Shown: positions 12,092 through 24,921, counted from the stretch's first letter. The stretch is DNA of 34,236 nt from Basidiobolus heterosporus B8920 (GCA_000697455.1 JNET01028165.1:1-34236); one strand, 5' to 3'. The notes: a model not told the origin generated them from the letters alone. A program made the numbers and translations.

Positions 12092-12304
12092 GTAGCCAAC
12101 TTTCCACGAAGGTAATCATTCGATGAGGTTCCGTAGCATTAACAGTCTTTCACATAGCAACTAGACCCAGCATATGGTCGACCTGAGGATATTTCTTGAT
12201 CGGCGGGAGCGATCAGCTTACAACTAGAAATATTTACTTTATTCAATACAAACAAGTTCATTGATGAGCTATTTTCCACAACTGATATCTTGTGTCAGAG
12301 CAGT

Positions 12305-13510
12305 TCAATACATTTCCTCACATTTGAGGTGAATTTTGATGTTGGAATTATCTGGAAGAATGGTTTGAATACTTTCTTCGTGAATTAGTTCGGTGTGATT
12401 AGATTTGGAATAGAACCCAAAAATGTAATCGCACGTGTAGGCCTGTCTATGTAGTGTAAGCTGCTTCAATTGCTTACAGCTTTCAACCAAAGTTTTGATG
12501 AATGCGAGAGAAACATTTTCTGGGATGGAATGAATCGTCAGGTATTGAAGTTTAGGAAATCCTTGGAGGTAGGTTACTACTGAGTTAATGTCTCGTTTGT
12601 CAACATTAATTTGTGGAAAAGAGAACACAAATGTGTGAAGCTTCAACAGTTTCTTCGAAAGTAGGTCTAAAATGGAGTCATTGAGTGGACAAGCACGACA
12701 AAACGCCACGTCCAATTCCTCTAGGTTACTGTTCAAACCCTGGGTCAGATATTCGAGGCCATTGGGTGTGATAAGCTGGCACTCTCGAATGGTCAAAGAC
12801 TTCAACCGACAACAGTACATGGAGATGGATTGCAATGTTTTGTCTGATAAATTAACGTTTCCGGTAAGGTTGAGTTGTTGGATATTGCCTTTGCCAAACT
12901 TGGCGACCGCATGTAAACAATTATCTGTGAGACTTGGGCAATGAGCAAGTTCTAGCTTCTGCAGATCATCACACAGGTAAACGAGCTGAGACAGAGTTTT
13001 CTCATTTAGTCCAGCACATCCACCTACGAAAAGCTGTACGAGATTGGGGAATATACGACCAAGCATCATGAAACCGCTAGAGCCAATATTCTTACAGTTT
13101 GTTACATCGAGAACTCTTATAAAAGCATGTCGAACTTTTACGCGTTTGAGTGAAGTGTTGGTGAATATGTTGCTATCGGCTACGTGTAATTCCTCCAATC
13201 TAGGGCATTTCGTTACCAGTGTATTTAACCAATCCTCAGGAATACTGTCGTATAAACTTTCCTCAAATTTATTTAAATTGATGATTTGAACGTGGTTGAG
13301 GATCTCTGGACGACAAATGGTCAAAGAGTTTAGAAATTTCTCGAAAGACTGAGCACGAGTGAAGAATCGGCCGCCGAAACGAGGTTTTCTCCATAGTAAG
13401 GGGGTTGCAGCCTCAGACCACTTTTTACATACCAAAGCACAAGCGAATAGCTGGGCTTGCTGTATATAAGTGAATATATTTTCTAACAGGGAGCTTGGTA
13501 GACTATTCAT
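12305..13510 (-). CDS. F-box / leucine-rich repeat protein (RNI-like LRRs)
   Basis: MNSLPSSLLENIFTYI...ACALVCKKWSEAATPLLW is an F-box, followed by cysteine-containing LRRs (LQKLELAHCPSLTD, LKSLTIRECQLIT). Start placed at ATG 13510; the ORF is open back to 13636. Confidence 0.88.
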   Translation of the reverse strand: MNSLPSSLLENIFTYIQQAQLFACALVCKKWSEAATPLLWRKPRFGGRFFTRAQSFEKFLNSLTICRPEILNHVQIINLNKFEESLYDSIPEDWLNTLVTKCPRLEELHVADSNIFTNTSLKRVKVRHAFIRVLDVTNCKNIGSSGFMMLGRIFPNLVQLFVGGCAGLNEKTLSQLVYLCDDLQKLELAHCPSLTDNCLHAVAKFGKGNIQQLNLTGNVNLSDKTLQSISMYCCRLKSLTIRECQLITPNGLEYLTQGLNSNLEELDVAFCRACPLNDSILDLLSKKLLKLHTFVFSFPQINVDKRDINSVVTYLQGFPKLQYLTIHSIPENVSLAFIKTLVESCKQLKQLTLHRQAYTCDYIFGFYSKSNHTELIHEESIQTILPDNSNIKIHLKCEEMY

Positions 13511-14453
13511 TAGAAACGTTGGTATAGAAGGTTGAGGAGACTGTAGATAAGGCCAAGTTTTGGAAATGCCTAGCCCTCTGAGTCTCTCTTTTTGGCGTGT
13601 AATACGAATTTCGAAATCCATTGTGTAAATGCGCATTGGAACATACAGGATAATAGTATGGGCGTGATAGCATTCATCATACCAAAATAAGAGTCAAACT
13701 AGCAAATTGTCCCTACCCACCGGCTTATTCGTACTTGCACATGTTTCATACTTCGGCTTCCTGATGCCTAACCCTTATTCACAAACTGTCTAGGTACATC
13801 CGGTTCTATGCGAATTAAGCCTCATAAATCATCCAAGATTCCCAAGGAGCCATGTATTCTTGAACGAATCATTCTAGAGCCAGCGCCTAGAATGAGGAAA
13901 TTCCGCAGCAGTGTGTTTGGAAAGCTTCCAACATTGTCATCAACTACGCATGATATCTTTATTGGCACTCCCGGGAATCAAAGATTGGATCGATTTCATC
14001 AGGTGAGCTATATCTTGGCTACTCACATGATTAGTATTACATCGTATCTGTTGTTCATCTATTACCAACGTACGCCTTGATTACTAAACACATCCCTAAC
14101 AATTCGTAGTAAAATGGATTGAAGTTGACCTGCCCTTCCCCTTGTCCTTCCCAATTTGGCCAGTAAATAGACCTCGAACTTACATCACATGTGTAGACTA
14201 AATTTCAAATAATGTGACATGCTGACTAAACGACTAGAATAATAGTGAAGAGATTCTGGAAGGAAGCCTGATTAGTATCATTCACGTCATAGAAACAATA
14301 GTCCTGCTGCAGTGATGCCATATCTCTAATCAAATCTCTACATGCTCACATACGGAAAATTATATAAGACGCCTTAGGTGAAACTTGGAATTTAAATACA
14401 TACTACTTTTACTTCTTTCAACCCCTTGAACTACTTTCCTCATTATAACATCC

Positions 14454-14894
14454 ATGTTTAACGTCCTCAAATCCTATGTCAACAAATCTAAGCTATTGGA
14501 GCGTGCCCTTGAGATGACTGCCACCCTCCAGAAGGTCTCAACCAGCTCCATTACCAGAAATACTCCCAGCAATATGTGGTATACAAAAACCCAACCAGTC
14601 CTAATTCCTAATCCCATCATCAATCGAAGACCACCAGTACACTTCTCTAAAAACTTGAGCCCTCGTCACTTCAGTACTCATGCTTCTACAGTCTCGGTAT
14701 TACCACCCACCCAGGAGCCCATACGTTTTACTGTGCGTAATAGCGAATATTTCAACAAATTCTGCGCCACGAAGCTCCAGAACAACATCTACAAAAAGGC
14801 TCAGTTGATGAACATGGCCCCAGTTATGAAGTACAAGCCTCGTTTGATTCCACCCAGAAGTATTATTCGTAGTCGTCGCCACCAATTCAACTAA
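14454..14894 (+). CDS. Hypothetical 146-aa basic protein, possibly mitochondrially targeted
   Basis: ATG-TAA ORF in an otherwise empty interval, with TATATAA about 90 nt upstream, a pyrimidine-rich leader and AATAAA downstream. No domain recognised. Confidence 0.55.
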   Translation: MFNVLKSYVNKSKLLERALEMTATLQKVSTSSITRNTPSNMWYTKTQPVLIPNPIINRRPPVHFSKNLSPRHFSTHASTVSVLPPTQEPIRFTVRNSEYFNKFCATKLQNNIYKKAQLMNMAPVMKYKPRLIPPRSIIRSRRHQFN

Positions 14895-15438
14895 ACTAAT
14901 TGCTGGAGTAGAATCCACTCTACTTTTGTAAGTTTGTACTTGTTATCACTTGCATACGTTTGGCAAGTTGTATAAACAGTTAATTTGATTACTTGTAACC
15001 CAAAGTGTATTGAAATGTACAATAAACTGTAAATTCCTACTCAATCGTATCTTGACATATATAGTATGGTGCGCGGTGGTAGCTGAGATGAACCAACGTG
15101 ATGTATCGATCATGTGTGTGATTTGTAGTTCGATAGGCTGTATGTAGGAGTGGTCATACCATATACTTGTCTATGTATAATTATATACACGCACAATTGT
15201 AGGGAACTTTGATCGATGACATCAATTAGTTGTGTATCTAACAGGCAGGTCAAGGCGCGGTCAGACACAGTCAGGAAAAATCAAATCGGAATTTAGGCAA
15301 CTCTATAATTTATTACCCCAAAATGGTGCGATTAAATAAGATTTTTTGGAAGACTTTGAATCTCGGTAAATATTGGACAACATACATATAAACACATCAC
15401 GTAACTGTGATCATGACGAGACAACCATCTCATATGAA

Positions 15439-17965
15439 CTATGCAAACATAAATACTTCTTTATCACCGGTGGACATACGCTGAGCTCGCTTTGTTCCAA
15501 CAATGCGCTCTAGCTTAAGCTGGTCGTAACGGGTAAACACGGAGGTACAGGTCCAGTCATTGAAAGGTGAATTGTCATGGGAAGGGAGTGTGAGGCAATT
15601 GAGTATTTCTGAATAGAATTGCGGATAGTCGGGCAGGCCGTAAAACACAACATGCTTGATACCACGAATATTGTAGCGTCTGAAGAAGTGGAAACGTTCA
15701 GTGAAGAGCATGAAGCTCTGACGACCATGGAAGAAGTTGGAACGGGAACGAGAAATGTCGGAGTTGGTGGTGTATTCGCATAATTGAGCGAAAGAATAGT
15801 TATGTTCAGTGAAATAGTTTCGCACACGAACAAAATCGAAGTATGATGGAATGAAGATCAAAGTATGATCTTGGGATAATGTAGACTTTCTTAAGGTAGG
15901 GACCACTTTATCAATGAAATGTCTAAAGCGAGCATCTGCGGCCTCTACAGCACTTTTACATGGGATGCGGGTGAAAACTTGCTGTACTTGGGGAATAACA
16001 TCATGAATAGACCCCTCGTACGCTTTTTTGATCTTCAACCTTCCGCCGATGTTCTTGCAATGCTTGTTGAACATAGCATTGATTTCGGGGGACAAGAAGC
16101 TGGAGAACGATAGCGTCTGGCGAAGGTACTTGGATCTACCATCCAAGTACCAGCTTTTAACTCTTGAGAAATCACATCCATGGGAATCCTTGGGGATCAA
16201 GTTGAGGTGATCGAAGAGATGCTCGACATGCTCCCAGTTCTGCATTTGGAAGACGTCAGTTTGATCAAGGATCAATAGTTCAATGGACGAGAGAAAGTCA
16301 AAATCTCTTTTCTTGTCTTCCTGGGTTCCAATGATCAAACGAAGCCCAAGAGGTGAAGCGACAATGATATCGGAGGAATAGAAATCCGAATAAATCTTCA
16401 TGGTCTTACGAGTGAATTTGATGCCAACACGGAAGCAATCATCTGGATTGCCAGTGAAAATGTCATTGAAATCTGCTGGCTTCGAAGTGTCAATCTCAAT
16501 GTCTTCGGGTGGAACCCCAAACTCTTTGGTTAAACGCTTCTTGTTATCTTGCTGCGTGGTTCCAGAGAGTTCGATAATGGTGTCAATGATTTTTAGCGCG
16601 GAGTTACGGAAAGGAACGACGATCAGAACTTTGGGACGAGTAAAGCCTTGATCCTTGATTTCACCGATGTCTTTATCTTCGTTTTGAGCAGCAGTGATCT
16701 TCATGCTGTTCTTGAGGATTCTATCTCTGGTTTTGTATGAGTGATTGATGGCGTGAAGACAGTAGAGACGACGAATTTCTTCACAATCCTCAAGAGAGCG
16801 GTTCGTGTACACAATGTCTTTATATTGTTGCATTTCTTGATAAAGAAGATACTGCAAGTCGGTAAAGTCTTTGTTGTAATTACGTTCGGCATTAGGGAAC
16901 TTCTCCTTAGTAGATTTGATCCAAGGCTCATGGAGTCTCTGTTTGATTTTGAAGTCCTCCAACCCAGCTGATGGATTTTTGGTTGTGGCATCTGTTGCAG
17001 TATGTGACGCTTCATCCAAATTGTATGACATGACTTGGTTTAGTAAAGGATCGCTTCGACAGATCAACTTCCATTGTTTTTGCTCTGCGAGGGCAACACG
17101 ACGATTGAGGTCTTCGTTGGTGTGTTCTCCGAAATGCTTTTCATAAAAGTCGCTAGCTTCCGCGAGCTCGTCGTCATCATCACCTTCAGCTGGGTATTGT
17201 TCATTATCATCCTCATTCTCATCTTCACCCTCACTTACTGCTTCATCAACCTCATTAGCCTCGATTTCCTCCCCAGATTCAGCATCAAGGTCATCATCCG
17301 AGAGTCCACCATTTTGTAGCTCCTGAAGAACAGCATCACCATATTTTTTTCTAAATTCTTCGGCTTGTTCGGCAGTTAATTCAAGTGCTGTACAATTTAA
17401 ATGGATTAATTTCATGTCACCTCAAGTAATATCTGTAAATCCAAATCATAACGTACTTTCACCGTCTTGAAGATCCAAATCAGACTCGTCTTGCTCTTCT
17501 TCACTAACAGCATCTTCTAAGCCCTCCTCCTCTAGTTTTTGGCGTTTGTAAAAGTCGGCATTGCGGGAATTTTTCTTCAATAAATCAACCAACTTATTGT
17601 ACGAAGAAGGCTTTTCCCATTCCTCCTCCTCTTCTTCGGACTCCTCTTTTTCTGAGTCCTCATATTGTCGCCTACGCTCCTCATCTATATCTTCTTCCCG
17701 AACTACTTTACGGAAAATTCTAGCTCAAAGAACAATAAGTACTTGAAAGTAGGGATTTTTGGCAGCTATGAGGCTCTTACTTGGATTCCAGATCGTCCTC
17801 GTCTTCTTTAGTAGGATCAAGTTCACCATATTCAACAAGTTGCTCTTTTTGACTCTTGGAAAGCTGACCAAACTTCATGGGTTTGGCTTTCTTGGCATTT
17901 CCAAGGTTTGTCCCAGTACCCTTTCTTTTGACACTGCTACGTGAATATTGTGATTTACGCACCAT
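15439..17965 (-). CDS. UTP25: U3 snoRNA-associated protein 25 (DEF/DUF1253)
   Basis: DQGFTRPKVLIVVPFR, DDCFRVGIKF, FYSSDIIVASPLGLR, DFLSSIE, MQNWEH, LIFIPSYFDFVRVRN and TERFHFFRRY. ATG at 17965; probable introns 17720-17780 and 17388-17462. Confidence 0.96.
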
Positions 17966-18280
17966 CGTTGACGTTTCAAAAATACAGTGACAAGCTACAG
18001 TTTCGTGTGCTTATTTCACCTAATTTGATGGCGGTAGTATTATGTTTGGCTTTTTTTCTTTTTTTTTCTCCGTGAATTTTTGGCAAAATTTCAAGAAAAT
18101 TTTACCTGGGAATACATGTTTGAGCGTATAGAAATTCAAAATCATCATTTATTAACTCAAAAATAAAATTAAATACATATTTACAGTTTAACTATATAAA
18201 TGAGTTGAATGTTGTAGAAAAATGGTCAATGGAATAGAAAAATCTTCAATACAAACAAAAATACACTCGAAAGATGAAAT

Positions 18281-21200
18281 TTAGGAATCATCACCAACCC
18301 GGGCTCTCTTGGAAACTTTTCGAGGGACCGGTTTGGATACAGGTGTGCTTAGGCTCGAGCGTTGGCTAGCTCTTCCTGGAGTCCTGGATTGCTTTTGTAC
18401 ATGGCGCTCAACCATGGAGATACCATCGCGGAATCTAGCTCTGAATAAGACATTTGCGTTGTTAAACATTCCTTCCTTAAGGGAGACAACGATGAACTGA
18501 GATCCCTTAAAGCGGCTGCGGAACAGCTGTCCGATATTCTGTGTATGGGAAAGATCAAGAGCTGCATCAATCTCATCCAAGATATACATGGGTGCAGGTT
18601 TGAACTGGAGTAATGCCAAAATCAAGGACAAAGCGATGAGTGAACGCTGTCCACCACTTAACTCCGTTAAACTTTGCTTCCAGACACCACCTAAGCACAC
18701 CTTGACTTCCAAACCTTCCATCAGAGTCTGGTTCTCCGGTGGCTCAAGTTTGGCTGAGCTTCCCTGAAGAAGGTCTCCAAAGATTGCTCCGAAATCAACG
18801 TTCACCTTCTTCCAGGTTCTTTCGAGAGCTTCTTTCTTATAGTTGTCCAACTCTTTGATGGTTTCCTCGATTTTTCTCTTGTCTTTTCTGACAGTATGAA
18901 GCATATGTTTCAACGCAGCTTCTTTCTTTTCTACGCTATCCATAGTGTTCATGACCTTCATGTTGATCTTCTTACGAAGTTTGTCGTGTTCCAGTTCCAA
19001 TTTCTTAAGTTTCTTGTGAGCCTCTTTGATATCTTGATTATCGAAATCGTATGGAGTGTTTGCTTTACCAAAGAATTGCTTTTGATCGACGATCCATTCG
19101 TGAGATTTCTCAAGCTCATTAATCACCTTTGCGGCGGCTTCGCGTTCTTTATCAAATCTTTCAAGTTCATGAGAAAGCTTTTGTAGCTCAAGCTGTGAGT
19201 CGGCCATTTCGGAGGCTTTACTTTTAGATAGAGTCTCAAGCTCACGGATCTCACTGTCGTAATTCTTCATGGTCTGCATTTCACTATCCAGCTTTTCTTG
19301 GGCATGGTCAAGAGCATTCTTGATGTCAATAAGATCTTCCTTCAGCGACTTTTCCTGACTAACGTATTCTTCAATTGATTGATCGGCTTCAGTAATTTGT
19401 TGCTTGCAGTTTGTGATTTCGGATTCGGTTTGTTCAATTTCAAGTTGCATAGTTTGAACCTCCCGCTGCATATTCTTGACGATCTGGGTTGACTTGGCTA
19501 AAGTCTTCTTTGCCTTGGAAAGTTTCTTACGCATATCTTCTAGTTTAGAATCCTTGTTTTCCTTGAACTCTTCCATTTCAACCTCCAACTCTTTAACACG
19601 CTTCAAAGCATCACTACGCTTTTCACGACAATGGACGATCGTTTTGTCGAGTTCTTGAACCTCATTTTCCAGGTCTTGAGCGCGTTTAAGTACTTGTGCA
19701 TGTGTGCTCTTGTTTAATTGTTCCTCAAGCAGCGTCGAGGCATGGATTTTAAGGTCAAGTTGTTGTTTGAAGCTCTTGTACTTCGCACCATCTTGTTGTA
19801 AGGATTGCAATTTCTGATTGACGGCATTGAGTTGCTTTTTGAGATCAGCTAACTCCATCTTGGCATCTTTCAGAGCATTCATTTTAATGAGAATACCTCC
19901 TGATGATGGTTTCGAGCCACCTTGCAGAGTACCTGAAGGGTCATACACATCACCATCATAGGTGACTGACTTCATACGTACGTTTTTGTCAAATGTAACC
20001 TTCTCTGCAGATTTGGCATCTGTGGAAAAAGGTGTAAGTAGATGAAATCCGATTCAACAAACCTTGATGACGACTAACCTTTACAAATAAGGGTATTTCC
20101 AAAGACGAATTGCATGGCAGCAGTCACTTCTTCGTCATAACCGATGAGGTTGAGAGCAAGATCCACTTTACCAGGAGCTAGTTTCTGAGCTGTGGCAATT
20201 TTCTCAGCGGATGCCTTGAATGCGGCGATCTTGTTCAAGGGGATAATGGTAACACGGCGACGAAGCTTACCCTTTTGAAGTAATTGCTTACCAACAACTT
20301 CAGTGTCGACCACAACCTGAGAGACTATACTTTAGAAATACGGTATACATTTGTGGAAAATTCAAGCACGCTTACGTTGTAGAGTCTTCCACCAGCACAA
20401 ATTTCTAGGGCAGTAGATGCGATTTTTTGTTCATCCTCAACGTTAATCAATTCAGCTACGAGTCCCTTCACTTGTGAGCGATCAAAATTAGGGGTGGGGT
20501 CAGCGAACTGGAATTCGAGACCGGAGAGCTTTGAGGACATTGATTCCACCTCTTCTTCAAGTGAATCTACTTTGGATTTTAAGCCAGATCTTTCCTTCAA
20601 TAAACTAGATTCAGTATCAGGATCCCAGTTTAGCTGTTTGATTTGATTCTCTAGTTTTTGGATTTGCTGCTTTGCAGACTCTAATTCCTTGATGGCGGTG
20701 CTATTTTCTTTCTTGGCTTTCACAGTCTTGGGCTGAATCTCCTTCAATTCCTTTTTGATGTGTGATATGCGTAATTTGGTTTGCTCCTCCTCGGTTGAAG
20801 ATTGAGAAGCAATATTTTTAGCTTCCTGTAATTGCTCCATATAACCGTTCTCGTGACCTTCTTCAGCAGCTACACCAGTTGATAACGTCTGTAGAAGCTC
20901 TTCGGATTTTTTTACTTCATTTGTTTTGCGATCATTCTGATTTTTTAACTCTTCAAACTCGGTGAACTTTTTCTCGTATTGTTCTTTCTTCTCCTTCAAG
21001 GTCTGTTCAAGTTCATCAAGACTGCTAAGCAACGCGTCCTTGTTCTTGGTTTCCTCGGCAACTGATTTCGCTTTGAGGTCACAAACAGTCTTGGTCTTAA
21101 CGAGCTGCTTAGAGTAGTCTTTAACCGCCTCTTCCAATTCTTGGAATTTGCCACCATTGGACATTTCCTAGTATTCAGAGTCATAGCGGTTAGCTTTGGT

Positions 21201-22343
21201 TCACATAACGATATTAAAGATTCTCATTATATACCTTATGTCTTCTTTTACTCTGTCTCTGAACATCAGCATCAATATTTTTGATTTCTCGCTTCAGTAT
21301 ATTGATGGACTTTTCTAGATCTTCAAGGCGCTGTTGCTTTGCGTCCAAATCCTGAGCATTGCGGTTGACTTTTTCTTCGTTTTTCATGTAATCATAGGCT
21401 ACGACTAGTCTACGCAAACGATCAATTTCAATCTCGACCTTTTGGAATTCCAAAAATGCCCTCTTTTCTTCTCTTAATCTCTGAAGTTTAGGGCCAATTT
21501 CCTCATTCAAGATCTGTAAGCCGATTCATGGGTTATTATACTGAACGAAGATTTTAAGTGAGGTTAAGGCTAAGGGAAAACACTGACCGAAGTAATCTCC
21601 ACGACTTTCGTCTCTTTCTTGGCCATTGTTTTGAAAGCCTTGTCTTTACGTTCCTCAAACATTCTAGTACCGGCAGCTTCCTCGATCATTGCAAGAATTT
21701 CAGGTGGCTTCATGTTGAGAACCTTCGTAATTTTGCCTTGCATGATCAAAAAGTGTGGATTATTGACATTAAGCTGTACGGATTGAAACAAGTTGGCAAC
21801 CACTTGTTGCTGTGCAGTATGACCATTCACAATATATTTTGTTTTACCGCCAATCAGTACCTAAAGTATGAGAAGTTAGAGAATTCATAAAACCAAAGAT
21901 GATTAAATTCAAGCTTACCTGACGAGTGACGGTAATTTGTTTATATTGCTCATATCCGATAGGACTACCTTCGCGATCTTCGTTGTTAAAAACAATAGTA
22001 ACCGAGGCTTTAGTAATACCAGCTTGGCCTCGTTTGTAAATTAAATCTTGCAGATTGCTAGCGCGGACCTACACAGAGTTATCAGGGTTAAGGTTAGTTA
22101 TTTGAGTCTGTATATGAATACATGCCTGAGCATACCAGTAAACACTTGGTCCCATACAAGAAAAAGAATACTTACGTGTGTCAAGTTCGTGATACCCAAG
22201 ACGAAACAAATGGCGTCTAATATGTTCGATTTACCGGAGCCGTTCAAACCAGTGATGGCGTTGAACTCGGAATCCCAGCCGGTGATGTGAGTACGGGCGG
22301 CATATGATTTGAAGCCCTCTATAATCAGTTCTTCTATTCTCAT
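18281..22343 (-). CDS. SMC2: Condensin subunit Smc2 (Cut14), multi-exon
   Basis: [60 protein letters not shown], coiled coils, hinge ([11 protein letters not shown]), [15 protein letters not shown] and [23 protein letters not shown]. Confidence 0.98.
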
Positions 22344-22828
22344 ATTGTACTTTGATTGGAGTCAAAGGTATCTGAGGGTAAGGTAGAATGGATGAAATAC
22401 GAAAGGAAGTTGTAAGATAAAATAAACAAACAATTTGTTTATAGCACAAAATATAATAACGATTCGTGAATGATTGGGTAAATAAAAAACATTCCATTGT
22501 CATATTAAAAACAACCAAAATATCAAAACAAACTGGGTCCGGGTCATCAATCCTTCAAAGTTTTCAATCTGCACTAAATCTGCTTTGATTTTGATGACAT
22601 GGCAGTAGCAAGGTCAGACTGTTCTTTCATGCACGACAGAAATCACTTGGGATATTCACTAGTATCTATTTCAATTATGGCTAGAACCTTTATTAATCGA
22701 AATTAATTCTGACGTTAAATAACCGGTATTATATCCTTGTATTTGGACTGAGAACATTCACAAAAGCATCATTCATAGCGGGTATATAATGGAAACAGTA
22801 AAGACCATGAAGCGGATACTAATAATAT

Positions 22829-23191
22829 CTATTCATTTACTATCTCGAACATGTGGGAATAAAAGTCCTTCTGGTTTAGTTTAACAAGTACAGCGTAGTT
22901 CTTGCCCGCATCGATTCCAGATGGAACGTCCCAGGTGAATGATTTGTCGTTTACTTTGGCCGTACTCGTGAGAGTGTGCTCGGTCCTAAGGGATCTAGCA
23001 TCGCCCCTGCGTAGCTCAATCGTTACCGTTGGGTTGTTTGGTTCGTCACTGGTGATTCTCCACTCGACAGTCGCTGGGGAGCCGGCATGCCATTTAGTTC
23101 CGTCGACTGGGTTGGTGATGGAGATATCAGCTTGAACGTTCAGGGCAGTCATCGAGAGGAGCGCGACAAAGAAAGCTGAAGCGAAACGCAT
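22829..23191 (-). CDS. Small secreted protein, Kre9/Knh1 N-terminal-like Ig-fold domain (120 aa), copy 1
   Basis: Signal peptide MRFASAFFVALLSMTALNVQA, then ITNP....W.AG....VEW ... I.L..G ... SFTWDVP ... Y.V ... YSHMFEI, the pattern of the Kre9/KNH-like N-terminal family. Intronless; TATAAAA at 23302-23296. Confidence 0.8.
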   Translation of the reverse strand: MRFASAFFVALLSMTALNVQADISITNPVDGTKWHAGSPATVEWRITSDEPNNPTVTIELRRGDARSLRTEHTLTSTAKVNDKSFTWDVPSGIDAGKNYAVLVKLNQKDFYSHMFEIVNE

Positions 23192-23824
23192 GTTAATTGA
23201 TCGAAACAAGCTGGAGTTGTTGTGAGAGAGAATGCGCGGTTTGTGGCTGTTATTTCTGCTGTGAGGATGCCTGAACCGGTGGTTGTGTTTGGTACTTTTA
23301 TAGATTTATCTCTCTTGCGCAATACCCTATCTATACGTATATTCTACTGCTCATCTGTTCGGTGTTCTTACTTTTGGAGTGCTTTATGGTGCATCCAACA
23401 GGCTATTACAAGTGCATATGCTTGCAATATATTATCATCTTTGTTTTTATCCTCGGAAAATTATCTAGCTCCTAGGGGAATTGGTGGGAATCTTGATCAG
23501 AAAACCCTCAAACGATCTTATTCAACTGTTTGATGTCTAATTATCCGATGCATGAATAGCCTAGAAAACAAGAACAAGAATAGTACAAATTTGTTGGATC
23601 ATAAACTATCCAACCTCGGACATTAATGGGACAGGCAGTAATTGCCCAGAAGGGATGCAGGTCAACGGGATGAATACTGGAAATTATTAGGGATCGATAG
23701 CACTACCAAAACCTATAAAAGAACTAAATGCAAACACCGGTTCAGGCATCCTCACAGCAGAAATAACAGCCACAAACCGCGCATTCTCTCTCACAACAAC
23801 TCCAGCTTGTTTCGATCAATTAAC

Positions 23825-24187
23825 ATGCGTTTCGCTTCAGCTTTCTTTGTCGCGCTCCTCTCGATGACTGCCCTGAACGTTCAAGCTGATATCTCCATCA
23901 CCAACCCAGTCGACGGAACTAAATGGCATGCCGGCTCCCCAGCGACTGTCGAGTGGAGAATCACCAGTGACGAACCAAACAACCCAACGGTAACGATTGA
24001 GCTACGCAGGGGCGATGCTAGATCCCTTAGGACCGAGCACACTCTCACGAGTACGGCCAAAGTAAACGACAAATCATTCACCTGGGACGTTCCATCTGGA
24101 ATCGATGCGGGCAAGAACTACGCTGTACTTGTTAAACTAAACCAGAAGGACTTTTATTCCCACATGTTCGAGATAGTAAATGAATAG
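23825..24187 (+). CDS. Small secreted protein, Kre9/Knh1 N-terminal-like Ig-fold domain (120 aa), copy 2
   Basis: Identical to copy 1; ATG at 23825; TATAAAA at 23714-23720. Confidence 0.8.
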   Translation: MRFASAFFVALLSMTALNVQADISITNPVDGTKWHAGSPATVEWRITSDEPNNPTVTIELRRGDARSLRTEHTLTSTAKVNDKSFTWDVPSGIDAGKNYAVLVKLNQKDFYSHMFEIVNE

Positions 24188-24921
24188 AATCACAATACCT
24201 AGCGAATTACCCAAATATATTATAACGAAGAATCCTAATTAACTAATTAAAAAAGCCAAGATTTGAACCGGCCAGAACTATATCAGTAATACCAAACTGA
24301 ACACTGAATTACAAAACTCAAATTACCAGTTCGTTCCTCTTAGCATGGCTAGTCACGAGGGTCTTACATTGTTATTACGATATTTGGTAGTAAGCATTAA
24401 CAATCATTTAATAGACATGTGCCCGATATAGATGTTCAGTAGTACACTAACGTTAACATCTATCTATGTAGGTAAGTGGTATAGTTACAGAACAGTAGAT
24501 TGTTTTACCCAGCACCAACTGAGAATGAATGACCTCATTCTTTTGGGACAGAGGTGGTCAGTGAACGACTAGTTTTGTGGAATGGCAGAAACCAATGCGT
24601 AGTGTTGAACTAGTTATTTGACAGTTGAATGGTTGGTATGATCTAGGAAGGCTTGCCCATCTATTGATTAAGACTACAAGATCTGACTCATTCAACAGCA
24701 TGAGATCAATGCAATTTTAATATCAATATGTATTCGTGGAAAATAGGTGTCCCTATTCGGCACCAACTTGCTAAAAGGGGAACTCGGTATGCAAAACCAA
24801 CAAAGAAGCTCACTCTTCTGCCATTTTTAAGTAAACTTTAACTGTTCATGGACCGTGTATATTGTATGGTTCTCTTTTACTCTACTCTCAGTTGCCAATA
24901 AATGACTCAAGCTCTGTTGAC

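Larger units (their letters stand above)
22828..24188. repeat. Inverted repeat: arms 22828-23281 and 23735-24188 (454 bp each), 453-bp spacer
   Basis: The arms read as exact reverse complements by eye, and the ORF track gives identical translations in two different frames. Degenerate similarity continues about 25 bp inward through the TATAAAA boxes. Confidence 0.95.

Noticed and set aside
24007..24015. RGD integrin-binding motif in the duplicated secreted protein
   Set aside because: A tripeptide at the family's usual L..G position; easily chance, and nothing else supports it.
22828..24188. Inverted repeat as the TIRs of a transposon or foldback element
   Set aside because: The arms are the genes themselves and end at the stop codon; there is no target-site duplication and no transposase in the spacer.
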